Positions 32,093 to 40,935 of a stretch of DNA of 64,000 nucleotides are shown piece after piece (position 1 is the first letter of the stretch; every line of letters begins with the position of its first letter). This DNA is from an uncultured Lentisphaerota bacterium (GTDB lineage Bacteria > Verrucomicrobiota > Kiritimatiellia > RFP12 > UBA1067): NCBI GenBank assembly GCA_900321255.1, contig ONVK01000002.1:7856-71855 (forward strand), written 5' to 3'. The notes below the pieces were generated by a model. The model made no database searches and was not told where the DNA came from. It was given only the letters and a program-made list of their open reading frames with translations. A program made the translations under genes and the position numbers.

Positions 32093-32842
32093 CTAACGCG
32101 TATTTCGCGACGTCGCGAGAAAGAGCGCCGCGCCGGCGGCGACAAGCGCCATGGAGATAACCTGCCCGATGCTGAGACCCCAGAACGCGGCGCGGGGATC
32201 GCCGCGCATGAACTCCATGCAGAAGCGGATGACCCCGTATCCCGCGAGATACGCGGCGCATGTGCCGCGGCGGCGCTTCAGGTAGAGCGCGAGGAGAAGC
32301 GCGAAGAGGACGAGAAGCGCGGCCGCCTCGAAGAGCTGCGTCGGAAGGACGGAAACCATGCGCTGGCCGTGCTCGTACCAGCTCGGCGAGAACTTCGGGA
32401 AGACGACGGCGCACCACGCGTCGGAATCCTTCCCGTAGCAGCAGCCGTAGAAGAAGCAGCCGATGCGCCCGCAGGCGTGGCCGAGGGGAATCACCGTCGC
32501 GAAGAGGTCGGCGAGCGCGAGCGGACGCTCCTTCTTGACAAAGCACCACGCAAAGAACACGACGAACGCAAGTATTAGTCCGCCATAGAACATAAGCCCG
32601 CCCTGGTCCACCCGGATGATGTCCTGAGGGCGCGCCGCGAACTCTGAAGACCAGTGTTCGATGACGTACGCAGCTCGTGCTCCAGCTACGCCGGCGATCA
32701 TCATCGAGAGGATGCAGTTCGAGAGGTCCTTCCGGCCCGAAAGCCGCTCTATCAGCGTCCAGCAGAGAAGAAAGCCCACGGCCATGCAGACGCCGTAGGT
32801 GCGGATGTGGAGAAAGCCGATGTCGATCAGGTCCGGGAACAT
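32093..32842 (-). CDS. lgt: Prolipoprotein diacylglyceryl transferase
   Basis: Start trimmed to ATG 32842. IRTYGVCMAVGF, GGLMFYGGLI, PLGHACGRIGCFFYGCCYG, PTQLFEAA, YGVIRFCMEFMRGD. Confidence 0.9.
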   Translation of the reverse strand: MFPDLIDIGFLHIRTYGVCMAVGFLLCWTLIERLSGRKDLSNCILSMMIAGVAGARAAYVIEHWSSEFAARPQDIIRVDQGGLMFYGGLILAFVVFFAWCFVKKERPLALADLFATVIPLGHACGRIGCFFYGCCYGKDSDAWCAVVFPKFSPSWYEHGQRMVSVLPTQLFEAAALLVLFALLLALYLKRRRGTCAAYLAGYGVIRFCMEFMRGDPRAAFWGLSIGQVISMALVAAGAALFLATSRNTR

Positions 32843-33531
32843 AGCGAGACGATCCACCTGTACGCGACGACGATCGCATCCCACGCGCCGACGTACGCGT
32901 CAAGGATGCGGTGGACGAGGAAGTCCTTGAGCTGCACGAACGAAAGCGGCGTGACCGACGCGAGAAACACCAGCACAAGGGCGACGTTGGCGAGGAATAT
33001 GAACACCCAGGAGAACACGCGGCCGTAGAGGGTGACGTCGGGCTGACGCTGCGCGAGCGTCTCGATCGTGAAGAGCACGTGAAACGACCACGTAAAGCCG
33101 ACTATGAACATCCAGAGAGGCAGCCACGGCAGCGGGCGTATGAACGCAAACGTGACAAGCGCAACCACGATGACGAGAAACGTGTAGAACGGGAAGAAGT
33201 ACGGAGCAAGCGTTATGATCATGTTCGACTTCGTGAGGCTGACGCTGCCGCCCGAAGCGGAAACGCGCAGCTTCGACGGCACGGCCCCGAAGAGAAGCCC
33301 CCATATCGCATGGGTGAGCTCATGCCCAAGCACGTAGGTCTTCACGGGATGCGGAACGGCCATCCAGCACATCGCGAACGCAAGCATGCCGCCGACGAGC
33401 GCGACCGACTCGGGCGTTATGCCGCCCGTCGCGCCAGCGGCCGCGACGACCGAATCGTAGAAGGCCCTTGTCACGCCCCAGCACACCGGCAGAAGCGCGA
33501 GGCCAACAATCATTCGCAGGAAATTCGCCAT
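32827..33531 (-). CDS. Integral-membrane HExxH zinc-metallopeptidase-like protein (M50B/DUF3267-like)
   Basis: 234 aa with about 6 TM segments and a YVLGHELTHAIWGLLFG zincin motif. Confidence 0.5.
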   Translation of the reverse strand: MANFLRMIVGLALLPVCWGVTRAFYDSVVAAAGATGGITPESVALVGGMLAFAMCWMAVPHPVKTYVLGHELTHAIWGLLFGAVPSKLRVSASGGSVSLTKSNMIITLAPYFFPFYTFLVIVVALVTFAFIRPLPWLPLWMFIVGFTWSFHVLFTIETLAQRQPDVTLYGRVFSWVFIFLANVALVLVFLASVTPLSFVQLKDFLVHRILDAYVGAWDAIVVAYRWIVSLCSRT

Positions 33532-33534
33532 CGG

Positions 33535-33822
33535 TCAGTCTTCGAAGATGAAAACGAGCTCACCGGGATAGACCCGTCCGTTCTCCCTTGCTATGCGCAC
33601 AACGAGGTCGGGATCTGTCTTGAAGCGCCTCTGGAAGTCCTGGAGCCTGGCAATCTCGCGCTTCTTCTCCTCGATGCGCCGCGTAAGGTCGGCATCCTGC
33701 CTCTTGAGGCTCTGGTTGCGCTGATAGGCAGGCAGCAGCGAGAATGCGCCAAGCACTGCGATGATCGCCATAAGCGATATCGTAACGGCCCTTGAGAGCG
33801 TCTCTTTGAATCCATCGGTCAT
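33535..33822 (-). CDS. Septum formation initiator FtsB/DivIC family protein
   Basis: 95 aa. N-terminal TM, coiled coil (LKRQDADLTRRIEEKKREIARLQ), C-terminal DPDLVVRIARENGRVYPGELVF. The start lies 9 nt after a TATAAT. Confidence 0.7.
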   Translation of the reverse strand: MTDGFKETLSRAVTISLMAIIAVLGAFSLLPAYQRNQSLKRQDADLTRRIEEKKREIARLQDFQRRFKTDPDLVVRIARENGRVYPGELVFIFED

Positions 33823-33831
33823 CGGGCGTAG

Positions 33832-33844
33832 ATTATACCAAAAA
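33832..33844 (-). promoter_or_regulatory. Extended -10 promoter (TTTTTGGTATAAT) of ftsB; leaderless
   Basis: ATG 33822 lies 9 nt downstream. Confidence 0.55.
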
Positions 33845-33861
33845 TTTCCATACGATTATCA

Positions 33862-33889
33862 TTGACTTTTCAAAAAAATATGAGATACT
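33862..33889 (+). promoter_or_regulatory. Promoter TTGACT-16-TGAGATACT of the CBM48 gene
   Basis: -35 at 33862-33867, extended -10 at 33881-33889. Followed by a ~80-nt A/C-rich leader without an SD. Confidence 0.5.
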
Positions 33890-33975
33890 ATTCGCCCGTT
33901 CGCTCGGAAAAGGCCTCCGCAAGACCCTGTCAACCGCAATCGAACACAATTCAAAAACAAAAAAGCAACAACAAA

Positions 33976-34332
33976 ATGAAGATCAAGACAACGAAGAAGA
34001 GCACAGTGAAGACGGTCGTCGCGAAGAAGGCCGCCGCAAAGCCCGCCGCCAAGAAGTCCGCAAAGCCCGCCAAGAAGGCGGTGACGTTCACCGTCCACGC
34101 CGAAAAGGGCAAGGCGGTCTACCTCGCCGGCTCGTTCAACGAGTGGAGCACCACCGCCAAGAAGATGGCCTACAAGGCCAAGAGCGGTCTCTACGCCGCC
34201 ACCGTCCAGCTCGCCCCCGGCGAGTACCAGTACAAGTTCGTGATCGACGGCACCTGGTGCGCCGATCCCGAGAACGAGAACTCGGTCAAGAACGACCAGG
34301 GCACGTTCAACTCGGTCGTCGTCGTCAAGTAA
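33976..34332 (+). CDS. Small Lys/Ala-rich (histone-H1-like tail) plus CBM48/AMPK-beta glycogen-binding-module protein
   Basis: Start set at ATG 33976 (MKIKTTKKSTVKTVVAKKAAAKPAAKKSAKPAKKA). The CBM48-like core is VTFTVHAEKGKAVYLAGSFNEWS...YQYKFVIDGTWCADPENE. The upstream in-frame TTG 33862 lies inside the predicted promoter and is rejected. Confidence 0.65.
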   Translation: MKIKTTKKSTVKTVVAKKAAAKPAAKKSAKPAKKAVTFTVHAEKGKAVYLAGSFNEWSTTAKKMAYKAKSGLYAATVQLAPGEYQYKFVIDGTWCADPENENSVKNDQGTFNSVVVVK

Positions 34333-34359
34333 CGCACGACGGCGCAGACGCCAAAAGAC

Positions 34360-34394
34360 GAGGCCGCGGCACATCTGCCGCGGCCTTCTTTTTT
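34360..34394. terminator. Bidirectional intrinsic terminator between the convergent CBM48 gene and def
   Basis: 11-12 bp GC stem GAGGCCGCGGCA-CATC-TGCCGCGGCCTT, followed by TTCTTTTTT on the plus strand and TCTTTTGG on the minus strand. Confidence 0.8.
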
Positions 34395-34410
34395 CACGAC
34401 TCCAGAAACG

Positions 34411-34962
34411 CTACCTGACGCCGCCGTTCGCGTCGGAGAGCTTCTTGAGCTTCGGCTCGAACGAGGCGCGTTCTGCATCGGCAAGCCGGTCGACGTAGAG
34501 GACCCCGTCGAGATGGTCGAGCTCGTGCTGGATCGCACGTGCGAGAAACCCGCGCGCGGTCACGATCTGCGGCATGTTGTTCTCGTCGAGATACTGGCAT
34601 GTCACCTGGGCGGAGCGCTCCACCGAGCCGCCGACGCCGGGGAAGCTCAGGCACCCTTCCTTGTCGAGCTGGCTGCCCTCCCTCGCGATTATCTCGGGAT
34701 TGAAGAGAACAAGCGGCATCGGGACGATGGAATTGAACGCCTCGTCCGCTTCTGTTTCGCAACCTTCGGGAATGTCGATCACGCACATCCTCTCGGTGTG
34801 GCCGATCTGCTGCGCCGCGAGCCCTACGCCCTTCGCGGCGTGCATCGTGGAAATCATGTCTACGGCAAGCGAGCGAAGCTGATCGGTGACAATGGCAATC
34901 GGCTCCGACTTTTCGCGGAGGACTGGTTCGCCGTACTTGTATATCTTGAGCTTCACCGCCAA
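34411..34962 (-). CDS. def: Peptide deformylase
   Basis: GVGLAAQQIG, EGCLSFPG, HELDHLDGVLY. Start is TTG 34962 or GTG 34956; no ATG is available. Confidence 0.92.
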   Translation of the reverse strand: MAVKLKIYKYGEPVLREKSEPIAIVTDQLRSLAVDMISTMHAAKGVGLAAQQIGHTERMCVIDIPEGCETEADEAFNSIVPMPLVLFNPEIIAREGSQLDKEGCLSFPGVGGSVERSAQVTCQYLDENNMPQIVTARGFLARAIQHELDHLDGVLYVDRLADAERASFEPKLKKLSDANGGVR

Positions 34963-34987
34963 CTATAAACTTTAAACTTTAAACTCT
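34961..34987. repeat. Heptad tandem array AACTATA AACTTTA AACTTTA AACTCTC
   Basis: AACT at 34961, 34968, 34975 and 34982. Fills the dut-def spacer. Same unit as at 12691 and 13316. Confidence 0.9.
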
Positions 34988-35415
34988 CACACTCCCGTCG
35001 AGCCGAAGCCGCCGGCGCCGCGGTCGGTCTCGTCGATGGTGTCGGTCTCGACGACCTCAGGCTGCACTACCGGCGCGAAGACGAGCTGCGCCACCTTGTC
35101 GCCCTTTGCGACGGAAAAATCACTGTCGCCGAAGTTGGCGAGTATGACGCCAATCTCGCCGCGGTAGCCGGAATCTATCGTGCCGGGGGTGTTCAGCACT
35201 GTGACCCCGTGCTTCAGCGCAAGACCAGACCTCGGGCGAACCTGTATCTCGTGCATCGGCGGGATCATCGCGACAAGCCCCGTCGGCACAAGCGCCCTTC
35301 CGCCGCGCGGAATCACAATGTCGGCGACGCTCCTGATGTCCATGCCGGCGTCGCTCGGATGGGCGTACGCCGGCAGAACCGCATCTGGATGAATGCGCTT
35401 GAAGCGGAGCGTCAT
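34987..35415 (-). CDS. dut: dUTP diphosphatase
   Basis: SDAGMDIRS, RPRSGLALKHG, GTIDSGYRGEIGVIL, RGAGGFGSTG. ATGA overlap with the upstream gene. Confidence 0.93.
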   Translation of the reverse strand: MTLRFKRIHPDAVLPAYAHPSDAGMDIRSVADIVIPRGGRALVPTGLVAMIPPMHEIQVRPRSGLALKHGVTVLNTPGTIDSGYRGEIGVILANFGDSDFSVAKGDKVAQLVFAPVVQPEVVETDTIDETDRGAGGFGSTGV

Positions 35416-37064
35416 TCGTCAATCTCCGCGTCGACGACCGACGCGCCCTCTCCTGGCTCGAAGCCGAGGCGGTCCAGGTTCCACTTCTGCCACGACTCGG
35501 GGATCTGGCGGCGCTGCAGCGCCTCGACCTCGCCGCGCACCTGGAGCTTCCAGATCTGCGCCTTGGCGGCATCGCCCGGCACGCGGTCCTCGCATACGAC
35601 GAGAAGGCCCTTGCCGACGCCGGTTGGCGTGAACTCGGAAACCTCGCCCTTGCGAAGCTTCATGGCGGCGGAGATGACGGCGTTCTGGTCGGGGAAATCG
35701 CCGGACTTTACGTCGCATACGGCGAAGGTTATGTTGGTCGAGACGTTGCCCGACTCGAGAACCGCATTGACGCCCTTCTTGGCGACGGCGGAGACCTTCT
35801 CCTTGAACGCGTCGGCCTTAGCGGCGGTCAGGGCGCGCGGACGCACGATCTCCTTTGCCTCCTCGAACGTCGGCACATGCGCCGCGCTCGTCTCGGTCTT
35901 CTCGACAACCCAGACGGCCTTGTCGGACGCGACGACCCCATAGCGGAGATCTTCGCTGGAGGAATCAAGCTCGGCGACAACTTCGTCGAAACCGTTGGCG
36001 CCGGGGCAGATCAGCGACGAGCGCTTCATGAAGCCGTCCTTGTAGGGGCCTTCGGTCGAGAACCAGTCGCTCGTCTCGACCTTGAGGCCAGACTCGGCGG
36101 CAATCTCGTCGAGACGGGACTTGCCCTCCGCGGCCTTCACGCCGTAGACGCGGGCAGTGAGGTTGGTGAGAAGGCACTGTACGGACTCGATGAGGCGAAC
36201 CTCCTTCTCGACCTCGGCCCGCACATCCTCGAACTTCTTCACCGTCTCGACGCCGTTGGTGTCGGTCTCGGTATACTTGTCGACGGTGACGTCGTAGTGG
36301 TCGCGGAGTGCATCCTCCGTAACGGTGACTGCCGCGAGGGCGTTGCTCTCGGCGGCGTCGAACTTCACCATGCGAAGCTTCACGCGCTCGGGGAGCTCAA
36401 GCGACTTGGCGTTCTCGTCATACCACTTCCTGAGACCGGCATCGTCGAGCGTGACGGCATCGGCCTCTTTTTTGTCCTGCGCGAACCGCGCGACCCTGAC
36501 GGTGAAGGAATCGGTGACATCCGCGACAGCCTGCTCGATCTCCATCGGCGAAGCCCAGGATGCGGAGCCGCCGAGAACGGAGGTCGCGACCTTCATCATG
36601 GTGAGACGGCGCTTGAGGAACTCCTCGAAGCGCTCTGGCGAGAGACCGTTTTCGCGCAGAAGGCCCTGATACAGGGCGAAGCTGAACTGCCCGTTCTGCT
36701 GGAAAGACCTGTCGGAGCGGATCGCCTGGGTCACTTCGGAATCTGAAGCCTCGAGACCGTTGCGGCGGGCGACTTCGATGGTCGCGACGTTCTCCCACGC
36801 CTGGCGGTTCACCTCGGCGTTGCTGCGACGCCAGTCACGGTTCTGGCCGAAGCCGCGGATATCCTCGGCTATCGCGCGGAATTCGGCGGAGCTTACCGCC
36901 TTGCCGGCGAGAGTGCCGACGCCGGCGTCCTTGGCCTCGCCCTTACCGTCCCTGAGCAGATCGTCGACCAAAAAGTCGAACGCGAACGCGCCGCCGACAA
37001 CCACTGCAAATACACCCCATATCCACTTGTTGCGAATGAGCTTGTTGAACTGCAGAATAACCAT
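35412..37064 (-). CDS. PpiD-like periplasmic chaperone (SurA N-terminal domain protein)
   Basis: 550 aa. N-terminal anchor MVILQFNKLIRNKWIWGVFAVVVGGAFAF, then a SurA_N-like helical region (FALYQGLLRENGLSPERFEEFLKRRLTMMKV). No clear parvulin signature was seen. Confidence 0.55.
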   Translation of the reverse strand: MVILQFNKLIRNKWIWGVFAVVVGGAFAFDFLVDDLLRDGKGEAKDAGVGTLAGKAVSSAEFRAIAEDIRGFGQNRDWRRSNAEVNRQAWENVATIEVARRNGLEASDSEVTQAIRSDRSFQQNGQFSFALYQGLLRENGLSPERFEEFLKRRLTMMKVATSVLGGSASWASPMEIEQAVADVTDSFTVRVARFAQDKKEADAVTLDDAGLRKWYDENAKSLELPERVKLRMVKFDAAESNALAAVTVTEDALRDHYDVTVDKYTETDTNGVETVKKFEDVRAEVEKEVRLIESVQCLLTNLTARVYGVKAAEGKSRLDEIAAESGLKVETSDWFSTEGPYKDGFMKRSSLICPGANGFDEVVAELDSSSEDLRYGVVASDKAVWVVEKTETSAAHVPTFEEAKEIVRPRALTAAKADAFKEKVSAVAKKGVNAVLESGNVSTNITFAVCDVKSGDFPDQNAVISAAMKLRKGEVSEFTPTGVGKGLLVVCEDRVPGDAAKAQIWKLQVRGEVEALQRRQIPESWQKWNLDRLGFEPGEGASVVDAEIDE

Positions 37065-37144
37065 TTTACACTCTGAACTTTCTTTTTCCTGTTTTGTTGT
37101 TTGTGGAAATCTCCATGCCCGTAGTCGCGCGCGCCGCGCGAAAA

Positions 37145-38263
37145 TCAGAACTCGAGGTCGTCGTCGGAAGAGCCGCCCGACGAATCGCCGCCGTCATCCT
37201 CCGGCGCCGCATCCGTGGCCTCGGTCTCGACGGCTGTCGTCTCGGCCGTCGCCTCGGCGGCCTTCTTCTCGAGCTCAGACTGGCTGTTCTTGTCATTCGG
37301 CGCGAGCTCGCCGGAATTGACCTCGAAGCGGTTCTCGGCGAAGGCGCAGCGGTTCTTGAGATTGCCGGCGGCGTCGAACGTCATGATGGTAACCGCCATG
37401 TTCTCTCCGATCTCGGGGACCGCGCGCTGGATGCGGACGGCCGTCTGGGGGGACACCTTCCACTCGAGGAACTTCTGCTCGGTGTGCGACTCGCCGGTCT
37501 CGACATCGCGGATCTTGACCGTGCCCTGGTCGAGCTTGCAGATGTAGTCGCCGCGGGTTCCGTAGATGCCGGTGAAGAGCGCGTCCTGAGATGTCTGTAT
37601 GCTGACCTCGTTCGCCGCGCGCATCGAGAGAATCTTGAAGTGGAGGCCCTCGATGGAGAGAGAGCCCGTGACGCAGCGGATCGTGGCCTTGTCGCCGTCG
37701 CCTGTCTTTGCGTAGCGGTAGGTGGACTTGCCGGCCGGGTTGACTACGGTGAAACCCGGAGCGTCAACGAAGAAAAGCCCCTCGGGGAGATTGCGCGGGA
37801 GATCGACCGTCACGACGCCCCCTTTGAGGAGAATCGCCCGCGACTTGATGCCCAGCCCCTGGCCGCGCGTTCCGAACGAAGCCTCGCCGACGATTGAGAC
37901 GGTGCAATCCCTGCCAAGAGCGACGGTGAACCGCGTCGAAGCGCCAATGGTGCGGAATACGGACCCAAGCGGATAGAAACGCCCCTCGACGGCGGCTTCC
38001 CAGTCGCGCGCACCCGGCTTCAGGACATCGGCCGAGCCCTCGAGCTTCTCCGCCTTCGGAAGCGTGTAGAAGAACTTGGGCTCGGACTTCGAGTGGTGTA
38101 TCTGCCCGCCGATTTCAATTCCGACATCGGCTTCTTCGCCGTCGCCGGACGACTCCTCGGCAGTCTCGACGTCTGTGGTTTCGCCATCTATGTCATCCTG
38201 AGCCCAGAGCGACATTCCGCAGACCACGGCAACCGCCGCCACAAATCGGACTGTGTTCTTCAT
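37145..38263 (-). CDS. Secreted hypothetical protein with acidic termini (FecR-domain-like core)
   Basis: Signal MKNTVRFVAAVAVVCGMSLWA. Asp/Glu-rich N- and C-terminal tails. The central beta-rich region has a FecR-like pattern (ADVLKPGARDWEAAVEGRFYPLGSVFRT). Confidence 0.4.
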   Translation of the reverse strand: MKNTVRFVAAVAVVCGMSLWAQDDIDGETTDVETAEESSGDGEEADVGIEIGGQIHHSKSEPKFFYTLPKAEKLEGSADVLKPGARDWEAAVEGRFYPLGSVFRTIGASTRFTVALGRDCTVSIVGEASFGTRGQGLGIKSRAILLKGGVVTVDLPRNLPEGLFFVDAPGFTVVNPAGKSTYRYAKTGDGDKATIRCVTGSLSIEGLHFKILSMRAANEVSIQTSQDALFTGIYGTRGDYICKLDQGTVKIRDVETGESHTEQKFLEWKVSPQTAVRIQRAVPEIGENMAVTIMTFDAAGNLKNRCAFAENRFEVNSGELAPNDKNSQSELEKKAAEATAETTAVETEATDAAPEDDGGDSSGGSSDDDLEF

Positions 38264-38273
38264 ATTTCTCCTT

Positions 38274-39446
38274 TTAGACGAGATGTGCGCCCTCGGAGGG
38301 CTTGATCACGCTGCAGGTCGGCTCATCGCCGAACTTTGCCTTGTATTCCTTCGAAATCTGCGCCGCGATCTTGTCGGCCGCGGAAGGATCGACGAGGAGG
38401 CAGCAGCTGCCTCCGAAACCGCCGCCCGAAAGACGGGCGCCGTAGACCTCTGGGATCGCCTTCGCCGCGTCGACGATCGCGTCGAGCTCCTCGCAGGAGT
38501 TCTCGAACCAGTTGCGGCTCGACTCGTGCGAGTCGTACATAAGCGCGCCGAAGCCCTTCAAATCGCCCTTCTCGAGAAGCGCCGCGCCCTGGAGAACGCG
38601 CTCGTCCTCGCCAATCGGGTGGACGGCGCGCTTCGCGGTCGTCTCGCTCAAGCCGCCGCGGTAGAGGACCCACTCGGCCATCGTGACGTCGCGAAGGTGC
38701 GTCACCTTCTTGCGGAGGACGCCCGCGAAGTACTTCGCCGCATCCTCGCACGCCTGGCGGCGCGACGCATACGCGCCGTCGACAAGCGCATGCTTGGCGT
38801 TGGACTTGACCATCATGAACGCGACGCCGTCGCCCATCGGAACAGACTCGAACTCGTTCGTGCGGAAGTCGCTCTTGACGAGCGCGCCGGCCTTGCCGTA
38901 CATCGAAGACGCCTGGTCGAGAAGCCCGCAGGGGCAGCCCGCGAACGTGTGCTCCGCCTTCTGGCCGATCTTCGCGAGAGTCGTCTTGTCCTTTTCGATG
39001 CCGTAGAGCTTCGAAAGCGCGAGCACCGTGCACATCTCGAGCGCCGCGGAGGAGGAGAGGCCAGCGCCGAGCGGGATGTTGCCGAGGAACATGCCCTTCC
39101 AGCCGTGCTTCGCAGCGGCGGGATTGCCGTCGAAGAGCCAGTTGAAGGTGCCGGTGACGTAGTTCTGCCACGTCATCTCCTTAGCAGGGGCTACCGTGGA
39201 GGTAGTGAACTTGGCCGTCTCCATGAAATCGCCGGCGGTGAGCTCGCAGCTGTCGTCGGCCGTCGGCGAGACCGCGAAGAACGTGCCCTTGTCGATGGCC
39301 GCCGAGAAGACGTAGCCCTCGTTGTAGTCGGTGTGGTTGCCGAGGACCTCGATCCGCCCGGGGGCGTACGCGACGACCTGCGGCTTCTCGCCATACATCT
39401 TCTCGAACTTCGCGACGAGCTCGTCGTAGATTTCCTGGTTCAGCAT
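38274..39446 (-). CDS. galK: Galactokinase
   Basis: APGRIEVLGNHTDYNEGYV (galactokinase signature), GNIPLGAGLSSSAALE (GHMP motif), GARLSGGGFGG. Confidence 0.9.
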   Translation of the reverse strand: MLNQEIYDELVAKFEKMYGEKPQVVAYAPGRIEVLGNHTDYNEGYVFSAAIDKGTFFAVSPTADDSCELTAGDFMETAKFTTSTVAPAKEMTWQNYVTGTFNWLFDGNPAAAKHGWKGMFLGNIPLGAGLSSSAALEMCTVLALSKLYGIEKDKTTLAKIGQKAEHTFAGCPCGLLDQASSMYGKAGALVKSDFRTNEFESVPMGDGVAFMMVKSNAKHALVDGAYASRRQACEDAAKYFAGVLRKKVTHLRDVTMAEWVLYRGGLSETTAKRAVHPIGEDERVLQGAALLEKGDLKGFGALMYDSHESSRNWFENSCEELDAIVDAAKAIPEVYGARLSGGGFGGSCCLLVDPSAADKIAAQISKEYKAKFGDEPTCSVIKPSEGAHLV

Positions 39447-39477
39447 TTCAACGCTCCTTCCGGGACTCTCCGTCCGC

Positions 39478-39504
39478 TTCAGCTTTCAGGTTTGCAATTT
39501 TCAG
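39478..39504. repeat. Degenerate ~7-nt periodic TTCAG/TTGCA repeat
   Basis: TTCAG at 39478, 39485 and 39500, with TTGCA at 39492. Lies in the FucP-like to galK spacer. Confidence 0.5.
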
Positions 39505-39505
39505 A

Positions 39506-40840
39506 TTACTTCACAAGCTCGTCGATGTTCTTCGGCGGCTTCGAGAGGAACGCCGAGTAGACGAACATGTAGGCGAGGCCAAAAATCGGCACGATGTAAG
39601 CGATCATAAAGCCTGCCTTGTCGGCGATAAAGTTCTGGACAAGCGGGAGAACACCACCGCCGACGACCATGACCATGAAGAGCCCCGAGGCCGCGGCCGT
39701 GTACTTGCCGAGCTTCTCAGTCGCGAGGTTGAAGGTGGACGGCCACATGATCGACGTGCAAAGGCCGCAGAGCGCGAAGAGAAGCGCCGTCATGGGAACC
39801 GTCGCCATCCAGCACTTAAGGTGCGCAACGTCGATGACCGGCATCGAGACCGTGACCGTTTCAGGGAGAAGAACGCCGACAACGAGAAGGGATATGGCGG
39901 TGACCGTCGTGACAACCATCAGAATGCGGGAGGACACCTTGCCGCCGATGAACGCGCCAATCGTGCGTCCGACTAGCATCAGAAGCCAATAAACGGCCAC
40001 GCAACCAGTCGTTACGGTCGCCGCATTCGCGATGCCGGCCTTCACCAAGGGTCCATTGGCGGCGGGAAGCCAAAGTCCCATCGTGCCAGGGATGCCGACC
40101 TCAACGCCGACATACATGAAGATCGCGATGACGCCAAGCAGGCAGTGGCGGAACTTGAGCGGAGACAGCACGGGAATCTTTTCGCTCGTCGTGCCCTGTT
40201 CGGGATTGGCGATCGGGATGAAGGCAAGAATCGCAAACGCTACCGCGAAGACGGTGAGCGCGATGTACATCACGAGGTTGACATCGGCGACTTTGGTCGT
40301 ATTGGAAACCTCGCCGATGAGGGAGAGAACCAACACTGGAGTCGCAGTGCCAGCCAAGGAGTTGAACGTCGTACCGATCATGTTCAGCTGGTTGCCGCGG
40401 TTTCCGCCGCCGCCCAGGAGGTTGAGCATCGGGTTGACGACCATGTTCAGCATGCAGACCGAGAAGCCGCACACGAAAGCGCCGACAAGATAGATAATGA
40501 ACGGGAAGACAGCGTTACCGTCGGCCGCTACCGGAACTTTGCCGGAAAGGAACTGTATTAGAACACCGACAAAGCCCGTCGCAATACCAATCATCGCGGT
40601 CTTCTTGTATCCGCAGTTCGTGAGCATCCTGCCCGCCGGAATACCCATGAATACATAGGCGAGGAAGTTCATCATGTTGCCCATCATACCGAGCATGTTG
40701 GAGCCGTCGATGCCGGGCTGGTACTTCCAGACATTGCCCATCGGCGCGGCAAGGTTCGTGACGAACGAAATCATGCCGTAGATGAACATCATTGTTATGA
40801 CGGCCACCCAGTTGGTGCCCTTTTGCTGCTGCTCGCTCAT
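39506..40840 (-). CDS. Sugar MFS transporter, FucP/GluP (fucose or glucose/galactose:H+ symporter) family
   Basis: 444 aa, 12 TM segments. FucP-like N-terminus (ITMMFIYGMISFVTNLAAPMG). AGGAG SD and a TTGACT-17-TAAAAT promoter upstream. Confidence 0.72.
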   Translation of the reverse strand: MSEQQQKGTNWVAVITMMFIYGMISFVTNLAAPMGNVWKYQPGIDGSNMLGMMGNMMNFLAYVFMGIPAGRMLTNCGYKKTAMIGIATGFVGVLIQFLSGKVPVAADGNAVFPFIIYLVGAFVCGFSVCMLNMVVNPMLNLLGGGGNRGNQLNMIGTTFNSLAGTATPVLVLSLIGEVSNTTKVADVNLVMYIALTVFAVAFAILAFIPIANPEQGTTSEKIPVLSPLKFRHCLLGVIAIFMYVGVEVGIPGTMGLWLPAANGPLVKAGIANAATVTTGCVAVYWLLMLVGRTIGAFIGGKVSSRILMVVTTVTAISLLVVGVLLPETVTVSMPVIDVAHLKCWMATVPMTALLFALCGLCTSIMWPSTFNLATEKLGKYTAAASGLFMVMVVGGGVLPLVQNFIADKAGFMIAYIVPIFGLAYMFVYSAFLSKPPKNIDELVK

Positions 40841-40873
40841 TTAGTATACTCCTATTGAGGTTTATTAGGTGTA

Positions 40874-40902
40874 ATTTTACCGAAAATTGCGGTGGTAGTC
40901 AA
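40874..40902 (-). promoter_or_regulatory. Sigma70-type promoter TTGACT-17-TAAAAT of the FucP-like gene
   Basis: -10 at 40879-40874, -35 at 40902-40897. AGGAG SD before ATG 40840. Confidence 0.6.
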
Positions 40903-40935
40903 TACGCGCAGGTAGAATCTGGAAGTCTAAATGCG

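Noticed and set aside
33859-34374. 171-aa minus-strand ORF opposite the CBM48 gene
   Set aside because: It is a low-complexity Leu/Gly/Arg translation antisense to a gene with its own promoter, a recognisable CBM48 core and a terminator.
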